Below are positions 54,641 to 64,000 of a stretch of DNA of 64,000 nt, one piece after another. The translations under genes and the position numbers were made by a program. Origin of the DNA: Octopus vulgaris. Its lineage: Eukaryota. Position 1 is the stretch's first letter. Each line of letters begins with the position of its first letter. The stretch lies in contig OX597830.1 of NCBI GenBank assembly GCA_951406725.2, forward strand, positions 13,268,001 through 13,332,000. The letters are read 5' to 3'. The notes under the pieces are model-generated. The model ran no database searches, was not told where the DNA came from, and saw only the letters and a program-made list of their open reading frames with translations.

Positions 54641-54681
54641 CCATTATATACAGATATATGTATGTATGTATACTCTGTTTT

Positions 54682-55089
54682 ATTTTTTACTTGTTTCAGT
54701 CATTTGACTGTGGCCATGCAGGAGCACCGCCTTTAGTCAAGCAAATCGACCCCAGGGCTTATTCCTTGTAAGCCTAGTATTTATTCTATCGGTCTTTTTT
54801 GCCGAACCGCTAAGTTACGGGGACGTTAAACACACCAGCATCGATTGTCAAGCGATGTTGGGTTGACAAACACTGACACACAAACATATACACACACATA
54901 CATATATATATATATATACATATATACGATGGGCTTCTTTCAGTTTCCGTCTACCAAATCCACTAAGAAGGCTTTGGTCGGCCCGAGGCTATAGTAGAAG
55001 ACACTTGCCCAAGGTGCCATGCAGTGGGACTGAACCCGGAACAATGTGGTTCGTAAGCAAGCTACTTACCACACAATCACACCTACGCC

Positions 55090-55090
<1 letters not shown>
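54682..55090 (-). mobile_element. SINE family A, full length
   Basis: Head-to-tail match. Confidence 0.9.
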
Positions 55091-55121
<31 letters not shown>

Positions 55122-55360
55122 TGTATGTATGTATCTATGTCCGTAAAATTATATATCAATCTCTCTGCATATATATCTTTGTATATGTAATTGTATATAC
55201 GGCATGCAAATATGCATGTGGGTGTGTTTGTATACGTATATGTGTATCTTTGAATGTATGTATCTTTGTGTGCATGTACGTCGGCATATGTACGTATATG
55301 TATGTGTTTGTGAGTGTGTGTGTGTGTGTGTGTATGTGCGAGTGTGTGCGCGCTTGTGTC

Positions 55361-55396
<36 letters not shown>

Positions 55397-55500
55397 TATA
55401 CTCAAAAAAAGCAACAAGAGTATCTTCGGTAATTTGGTACGATCGTTTCACGCTACATCATTTTATTAAACATTGTAAGTATTACAACAGTTTTATAACA

Positions 55501-55554
<54 letters not shown>

Positions 55555-56642
55555 GCATACAAGTATATATATAAACATATATATATATAAACATATGTAA
55601 GCTACAACTGAATTCCGTTGGTCAGGTATATTTTAAGTATATAGACATAATGCAAAATCTTAATTTACAATGCAATCTTCTGCGTATAATCATATTTCAC
55701 TTGTGTTTATTTCGAGTAATTCTTGTAACGATAAGAGATGAGTTTCCAAATTAACATAAAAGATGGAAATTGTAGTTTCACTACTTCGTGAATCACGTGT
55801 TCAAATTCACTGTTGTTGTTTGCTGTATCTCTTCATGCCCTTGTTCACCTAACTGCCGGGAAAAGGATCTATACCTCTGGGGAAGTTTCCGGAATCGATG
55901 TAAATGTTTCTTTTTTTATCCGACGCTAAAAAATCTTACAGTTGAGTTCCATGTCTTAAGTGCCTATAATTCTGCTCATTCAGGCACAAATGCTGAAATA
56001 CATTTGACATTAAAATGTTTACTAGAGTAAAATCAATAACATATTCTTAATAAATATAGAAGCTAGTTGCTAAATTAGATGTAAAACATAAAATAACAAC
56101 TTATAAGGAATTTTGATTGATGTTTATATATATTAATATATGGACAGTTCTAAAGCTAAAAGAAGCTGAAATTTTATCCGAAAATAATAGCTATGTGAAT
56201 TTAAGCGAAGACACATTTTAAAAGCCTTATATTTTCAACTTTTGCTCTGAAGTCCTGCAGGGGAAAGACATGTTAAAGTATTAGAAATAAATGTGTGTTG
56301 GGCGGAGTATGAGAGACGACTGGAAAGAACAGAGCCTCTTTGAAAAGATGACAGGGAAAATAATTTTAAAAAGTCTTGGAAAAATACTGAAGATGGGAAA
56401 GAATTAAGGTAATAAATTAAAAAGAAACCTCTCCCACCAAAACCCCCGAGAAATAACGATAATAAAAAATGTCAGGGGTGAGCATCAAAGAGGAGGAAGA
56501 AGTGTGTGGCAGCTTAGGTTCAATTGGAATAATATAAATAAGGGTGACAATTTTGTAAGAAATTAGCCGAATTTTTACACATTCACAAACAAACGCATAT
56601 TTACATACATTCACGTGTATTCACATACACATACATTCATAT

Positions 56643-56649
<7 letters not shown>

Positions 56650-56690
<41 letters not shown>

Positions 56691-56871
56691 TTATGTATAT
56701 ATATAATATATATAATATTATATAATATATATGATATATATGTATTATGTATGCATATATATATATATGTATATACATACATATATATTTATGTGTATAT
56801 ATATATATATATATGTGCGTGTGTGTATGTACATGTATACACAAAGGCATAGATACATACATACATATATC

Positions 56872-56903
<32 letters not shown>

Positions 56904-57033
56904 TGTATGTATGTATGTATGTATGTATGTATGTATGTACGTATGCATGTATGTATGTATGTATGTATGTATGTATGTATGTATGTATGTATGTATGTAT
57001 GTATGTATGTATGTATGTATGTATGTATGTATG

Positions 57034-57064
<31 letters not shown>

Positions 57065-57305
57065 TTATGTATGTATGTATGCATGTATGTATGTATGTAT
57101 GTATGTATGTATGTATTTATGTATGTATGCATGTACGTATGCATGTATGTACGTATACATGTATGCATATATGCATGTATGTATGTATGTATGTATGTAT
57201 GTATGTATGTATGTATGTATGTATGTATGTACGTACATACGTATGTACGTATGTATGTATGTATGTATGTACGTATGTATGTATGTGTGTGTGTATGTAT
57301 GTATA
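56650..57305. repeat. (TA)n/(TATG)n array
   Basis: Direct inspection. Confidence 0.95.
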
Positions 57306-59033
57306 TGCGTAGAAGCACGAGTGTGATCACACACGTACACAAATGCTTGTGCGTTTCCTATTATGATTCTTTTCAAAATTAGAGACGGAAGATTGGGAAA
57401 AATTTAATGTGAGTGAGTAAAATAGATTCTTTTTATAAACTTATTATTGGAAAATTAAAAAGACAGAAAAAGAAGACAACAGAAAAGTATTAAAATGGAA
57501 GCTAAATCTCCAAATAAAAACTTGAAAATGTTTCTATGCGAAGTAGCAGAAGTGAATGCTGAAACTAAGGTGAGAGAGAGGGAAAGAGAAAGAGAAAGGG
57601 AGAGAGAGAGAGAGAGAGAGAGAGAGGGAAGGAGTGAGATAAAGATAGAGACAGAGATAATTTTAGAAAGAGGAGTGAATGAGTGAGTGAGTGAGAGAGA
57701 GAAAGAGAAAGAGAGATTGCCATTGAAAAGGGGAGGTAAAAACTGGAAAGACGAAAACTAAACGGAAGTTGGAAAAAATGGCGGCTTCGTTGAGAGATGA
57801 TGATTAGGAATTTGTGAAAAGTTGCCTTTTATCCTGCACTATTTTTTTGTACATTCTCCTATGTATGAGCATTAAAGCTATATGTTAGTGAAGGAATAAT
57901 TCATTTTCTCAACTTATTCAACGAAATTCCTTTCTTGCTTCGAAACTTTTCACTTCTGTCTTGCATCTTTCCACCCCACCTATCATAGTAGCTTCCTTCC
58001 TTGAAATGTTTCTATTAAGAGGTGTCAGATTTTATTCTTACTTATTGTTTCTTTACTCTAATATTTTATTCTGATATATTCACTTCATGCACCCTGACTC
58101 ATTTATATAAACCTATGAGCTAAATATATCTAATCACTGTCTCATAAAATTTCCGTATTTTGTGACGCAGAGAAATAGAATTATTCTATTTCTTATTTCG
58201 AGCAAGTTAATACTAACACACATCGTTAACTCTGGCTCTTTGTTTACTGTAAATAAATCATTTGAAAGGAAGTTATTAATTATTTTAGAAGAAAATTGTG
58301 CAAATCTATGTCACATCAACTATGCATTTTATTATACGAGCCTACGCTTTTTATGTAACGTTGTGAACTTACATAAGTATAGAATATATATTAAACATTG
58401 ATGCTTTTTGCAAGAACTAAGGAAATATAATACATAACAATTGCGGTTTATCGAAGATGCAGAAGACTTTGCTTCATGCGAGTAATGCAAGCGTTAATGT
58501 TCCGATTAAATATTCACCTCGCTTTGTTGCACCCTCCAAATATAGCTGTTATATTTTGCAATATAACCAAGTATACAAATATTATTGAACTATAATCCTG
58601 ATAAAGTAGCTACAGAGAGTAAAGCGATGTTTTAACATAAATATTCACCTCTTTGCTGACTTTGGCTAGATGTTAACATCTGTTGGACGGCTGGCTTACA
58701 CAAAAGTACATGTAACGTGTCATAAATACAGATGTAAACATGCGTCTCTGCTGACGGTATCATTGTTATCTCATCGATAACTTTTTCAGTTTGCAAACAA
58801 CATAAGCAAAAATGGCCTTGATTTACTCTTCAGAATTCCGTCAGGACTAAGCAGTGATAGGTTATACGTTATTGAACGACTGAAAGCATGTTTTAGAGAT
58901 TTTCCATTTCTAGAGGTTGACTACAAGATCCAAGAGAGACTTTTTATTCCATTTCCTCGTAAAGCCAGCCGCTTTAGGATACAATATTACCATTTAGTCA
59001 TATATTATACTAAGCGATTGAAATGAATGAACA

Positions 59034-59900
59034 TACGAGGTTTGGTCAAAAAGTATCCGACCTTGAGAGTTTTTGCACAAAATAATAATGTGTGAGCAAA
59101 ATCCGCATGGGTTTAAGGGGGCTGCGTCCTTCCTGAGAATGCACAAAAAATTTCGTGTCTGTAGATTGCGCTATTTGCCCGCAGTAACGCGTTGAGTACA
59201 AACGCGAAGAGTGTGCTATGCGATTTTTCTTTTTGAGTCAAGATGACCGATCAAATTGAGCAAAGATATTGTATCAAATTTTGCCCAAAACTTGGTGATA
59301 CGCAAGCCCAGACTATCGAGAAGATTCAGAAGGCCTTTGAAGATGATGCAATGGGAAAAAACACAAATAAAGGAGTGGTACAACCGGTTTAAAGATGGCT
59401 ACACCTCAGTGGACAGTGAGCTACGTTGAGGCAACCCATTGACTAGCAGAAACGACGAAATGATTGAATACTACCTGGGGGTTGTTCATGAAGCTGTGCG
59501 GCGAAAACGACCCGACCTGTGGGCAGCAAAGAACTGGCAACCCCACCATGGCAACGCACCCGCTCATTCTGCCCACGTCGTCCAAGCATTCCTCGTCGAG
59601 CAAAACACACAACTTGTTCGTTAGGTTTCCTACTCCCCAGACTTGGCTCCATGTGGCTCTTGGCTATTCCCAAAGCTCAAAAAAACCACTCAAAAGGAGA
59701 TGATTTGAGTCAACAGAGGACATTAAGCAAAATTCGATGGCAAAGCTCTACAGCATTCCAGAAAGTGATTTCCAGAAATGTTTCCAGCAGTGGCAGGAAC
59801 GCAGGCAGAAGTGTGTAGACTCCCAAGGCGAATACTTTGAAAGAGACTAAATCAAAATGGTGAGTTTTTTAATATTATTTGTTTTTAATATTATTCGGAT
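59034..59900 (+). mobile_element. Internally deleted mariner element
   Basis: TA-CGAGG...TCAAAAAGT 5' TIR; MTDQIEQRYCIKFC...WYNRFK; HHGNAPAH, YSPDLAPC, GEYFE; WVPH and first Asp region missing. Confidence 0.9.
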
Positions 59901-60059
59901 TGAAACAGTCTTAAATTATAAACACCACCTGTGTATCAAACTTAACCTATATAAACCTTTGAGAGTCAATGTTATATATACGTTAAGCCACACAGATGGC
60001 GTGTATAATTTGATGCTGCTTCAGTTATATGTGTAAATGTGTGTTTATGTGTGTGTGTA

Positions 60060-60132
<73 letters not shown>

Positions 60133-60206
60133 GCATATATATACATACATATGTACATAAAAAAACTTTTGTTTTAATTTTTCTAAATTTAATTATATAA
60201 TTGTTA

Positions 60207-60242
60207 CAGTTGAAAAAGTCTCAATGACTGAAACTGGTACTG
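60207..60242 (+). ncRNA. Decayed minimal hammerhead
   Basis: CAG-UUGAAAA-AGUC(UCAAU)GACU-GAAA-CUGG-UA-CUG; stems retained, core mutated. Confidence 0.5.
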
Positions 60243-60294
60243 AAATGTTTTTTATAAAATTATTTTAGCATTTTCTATCTTGACTTCTTTTTTT

Positions 60295-60379
<85 letters not shown>

Positions 60380-60546
60380 GTGTGTGTGTGTGTGTGTGTG
60401 TATAGATATATATGTATGTACGTATGTGTGTATAAGCGCCAATCCTCTTAAACTATGTGGAAATACATCGGGTGTTCAGTTATATAATCATTATTGTCCT
60501 CTCTGCAGTCGATATATCACAATAATTATTAATGTTCCAATGAGCT

Positions 60547-60760
60547 AAGGCGACCAGCTGGCAGAATCGTTAGCACACCAGGCAAAATGCTTAGTGGCAT
60601 TTCGTCCGTCTTTACGTTCTGAGTTCAAATTCCTCCGTGGTTGACTTTTCCTTTTTATCCTTTCGGGGTCAATTAAATAAGTACCAGTTGAACAATGGGT
60701 CGATATAATCGACCTATTCCCTCCCTGAAATTGCTGGCCTTGTGCCAAAATTTGAAACCA
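60547..60760 (+). mobile_element. SINE family B variant with alternative tail
   Basis: Family B head and Meta-like body, ending GGCCTTGTGCCAAAATTTGAAA; TSD CCAATGAGCTAA / CCATTGAGCTAA. Confidence 0.85.
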
Positions 60761-61476
60761 TTGAGCTAACGAAGTGTCTTGTAAGTGCACCTTGTCTGCT
60801 AGAAATTGCAGCCCAAACTCTCTAATATCAATATCATCTCATTGTTAAAGGAGAAACATTAAATTCACTACTTCAAAAATAAGATAGAATGGTCACGGCT
60901 GGAACGCACTTCATCAAGACTCTGTCTGATAGAAGACGAGACGGTAATTGCTTTATGGAATATGTACTTGTTGAAATGACAGGAAAAGAATAAATTCTTC
61001 CTGTTCATACAATCTCTCACTCTTAATTCTCCACTATTTTACACGCATGCACGCGCGTGTGCGCACACACACATACATGCACAACCAATCTCTCCTGGAC
61101 ACTTAATCTCGTGCATACATACAACCCAGTCGCACATAAACACAGACACCCCCACAACACTCTTGTAAACATGTATGTAGGGGTAGATATTACATTGGTG
61201 TATATTATCGTAAGATATAATCACTAGCTTCCGAATAAATATATTCAGAATATACTTCGCCTGTGACACTTCCTTGCCACCTTCACTGAAGAAAATGCAG
61301 TGGCTTGGAGATTGCATCCTTTCAAAATCTATAGACACACTTAGTTGTCCGTCAAACGGAATAAAAAGTAAAAATAGATAAATATCTATGGTCAGAGTTT
61401 TCAAAAAAAAAAATGTCCGCTGATTAAATTTAGCATTTAATATAGTATACAATTAAAAACAGTAAGGATTATTCCT

Positions 61477-61880
61477 AGGCGCAGGAATGGCTGTGTGGAA
61501 AGTAGCTTGCTTACCAGCCACATGGTTCCGGGTTCAGTTCCACTGCGTGGCATCTTGGGCAAGTGTCTTCTGCTATAGCCTCGGGCCGACCAAAGCCTTG
61601 TGAGTGGATTTGGTAGACGGAAACTGAAAGAAGCCTGTCGTATATATGTATATATATATGTATGTGTGTGTATGTTTGTATGTCTGTGTTTGTCCCCCTA
61701 GCATTGCTTAACAACCGATGCTGGTGTGTTTATGTCTCCGTCACCTAGCGGTTCGGCAAAAAGAGACCGATAGAATAAGTACTGGGCTTACAAAAAGAAT
61801 AAGTCCCGGGATCGAGTTGCTCGATTAAAGGCGGTGCTCCAGCATGGCCGCAGTCAAATGACTGAAACAAGTAAAAGAGA
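61477..61880 (+). mobile_element. SINE family A, full length
   Basis: Head-to-tail match. Confidence 0.92.
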
Positions 61881-62773
61881 AAAGAGAGAGAAAGAGATCA
61901 AAGCGTGGCATTGCTTACACGCAAGAATTAGAAGCGGCGAGAATCTTGTAAACGGGTGAAAAAGAAGAACGGAGATCACGAAGATTCTAAAGAATGTGTA
62001 ATGCGACTAAAAAGAAAATAAAACAGAAATACATGAACTCTTAAACACGTTCCCCGCATAGATTCATCGTACGACACAAAGGTTATGAGAGAATAAAAAC
62101 ATGTGAGAATAAACAGACTAACAAAGAGGGGCATGAACAACAGACGGTGCTTTGTAAAGTTGAGAGCAGAGAAACTGTAGAACGAAGGAAAATAAAGGCA
62201 AAAATAAGAGAAACGGGGAAAGAAAGAAAAAAAAAATCGAAAAATGATGAAGATATAAAGAAATATAAAGAAACAAAAAGGAAATGATAAGATGTATAAA
62301 GAAATTAAACCTGAAAATGTAATAAAAATGAGGAAAAAAAAGAAATAGGAGATAAAATCTGAAGAAGAACGGTTGGAAAGGAAGAACGGAGAAAAGAAGA
62401 TATACAAAACGTCTTGGAAAATTGAAAAAAAGAAAACTGAAGAATAAGCTGGTATGAAAAAAAAAAAAAAAAAGAAAAGAAAAGGTAAAAATTGTTTTTA
62501 TAGAGAAATGGTGCCGAAATTTGTCGGCTCTAGCGGTTGTTGTAAAATTGACAATGGTGGAACCAGGAAGTCTGGCGTAAAACTGAAAAAAGAAGAAGAA
62601 TGAGAAAATGTAAAGAAAGAGAAGAAACATTTGAGAAAGAAGAACTGATTAGGAAGAATGAGTTATTAAAAATATTGCAAAAGCTGATATAAGTAAAAAT
62701 TGGAAATCAAGTCGACGGTCAAATTTTTTTTCAGATATGGGGCAAATTATATAATTCAACATGATAGTAACCT

Positions 62774-63105
62774 ATGCGCATGGATCAGTATTTATAGTGT
62801 AGGGCTTATAGTTGTGAGTTCGATTCCCGACCGGGTTGTGTGCTGGGTTCTTGAGCAAGACACTTCATTTCTCTTTGCTTCCGTTCACTCAGCTGTTTTG
62901 AGTTGCGACGTCACTGGTGCCAAACTGTATCGGGCTTTGCCTTTCTCTTGGATAATACTGGTGGCGTGGAGAGAGGGAGACTATTATGTATGTGCGACTA
63001 CTGGTCTCCCACAAAACAACCTTGCCCCGGACTTGTCCCACAAAACAACCTTGCCTCAGAGGGATACTTTCTAGGTGTAGTCCCATGTCCTTTCGTGACC
63101 GAAGT
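62774..63105 (+). mobile_element. Old tRNA-derived CORE-like SINE
   Basis: B-box GAGTTCGATTCC followed by CTTGAGCAAGACACTT. Confidence 0.6.
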
Positions 63106-63230
63106 TGATCTTTAAATTCTATACGAAATACAATTTACTGCGAAAGATCCTCAATCTGCTAAAAACAGAAGCTGCTTATACTTGAAATAATGATTTACAG
63201 TCTTTGTAAAGATGGATACGTTAGTTAATA

Positions 63231-64000
63231 TATTGGGTCTTCCCATAAATAATGCGGTCTTTTCAATTGCATGAGGGGGATGGCATAAACTACCTGCATC
63301 AGCTTGCTATAAAAGCAGGTAGTAATTTTACCATGTGCTTATTCTTAGTGAAAGTTTTAAACAGTGCAGTTCGATTTTAACAGTTATTTTTTTCAAAGCT
63401 ATAATGGAAGTGACAGAGAAGCATATTTGGCATATTTTGCTTTATGAGTTCAATAATGTCAAGAATGCAACGGAAAGTGCGAGGAATATTAATGCAGTAT
63501 ATGCGGATCGGACAATAAGTGTAAACCAATGTCAACAGTGGTTCCAGAAATTCCGAGTCGGAAACTACAGCCTAGAAGACGAGCCTCGTCCTGGAAGATC
63601 TGTAGAGCTCGACGAGGATGTCCTGCAAACCTTGGCGGAACAAAATCCCATCGTAACTGTTGAGTAACTTAATCATTTAATCATTCGACCATTTATCGAC
63701 GCCTGTGTGCCATCGGAAAAGTCAGCAAATTGGGTCAATTGGTTCCTCACAAACTTTCCAAGTCTAATCGTGCGCAGAGAGTGAATGTTTGCTCTTTTTG
63801 TTGTCACGTCTCACGAAAGAGCCTTTTTTTTGGACCGAATAGTGACTGCTTGACGAGATATGGGTTCTCTATGAAAATGTCAAGTGCCGAAGACAATGGG
63901 TAGAGAAAGAAGAAACACCGGCACCCCAGGCGAAAGAAGATCTTCATCCACGTAAGGTGTTGTTATCTGTTTGGTGAGATATGAAAGGTTTAGTCCACTT
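63231..64000 (+). mobile_element. Mariner element, 5' part (pseudogenised; runs off the window)
   Basis: TA-TTGGG TIR; ATG at 63404, MEVTEKHIWHILLYEF...WFQKFR...LEDEPRPGR; LVPHKL; DRIVT.DE.WVLY; LHPRKVLLSVW; stops and frameshifts. Confidence 0.92.

Noticed and set aside
61900-62660. Phe-rich minus-strand ORFs resembling membrane proteins
   Set aside because: They reflect a purine-rich low-complexity tract; no splice signals or recognisable motifs.

Overview
AT-rich, repeat-dense eukaryotic genomic DNA. The tRNA-derived SINE families and dense (TA)n/(TATG)n/(TAA)n microsatellites point to a coleoid cephalopod, most likely Octopus (inference, no database check). One host gene is recognisable: the last coding exon of proteasome subunit PSMD3/Rpn3 (2865-2942, +), probably followed by a 3'-UTR intron and a terminal non-coding exon at ~7778-8095. 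The rest is mostly transposon debris: at least four SINE families, Penelope-like (GIY-YIG) relics, R4/Dong-type and RTE-type LINE fragments, mariner relics, piggyBac/hAT/other MITEs and non-autonomous Helitrons. Nearly all long ORFs in the supplied track are microsatellite artefacts. The most interesting signal is about a dozen minimal type I hammerhead ribozyme motifs, intact to degenerate, in several short non-coding families. Their stems covary between copies and their 3' ends almost always abut a (TA)n tract. One has an 85-nt extended stem II, and one related copy folds back into a perfect 62-bp palindrome close to where the ribozyme would cleave. This looks like a microsatellite-targeting Penelope/retrozyme-like system. 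No rRNA, true tRNA gene or CRISPR array was seen.
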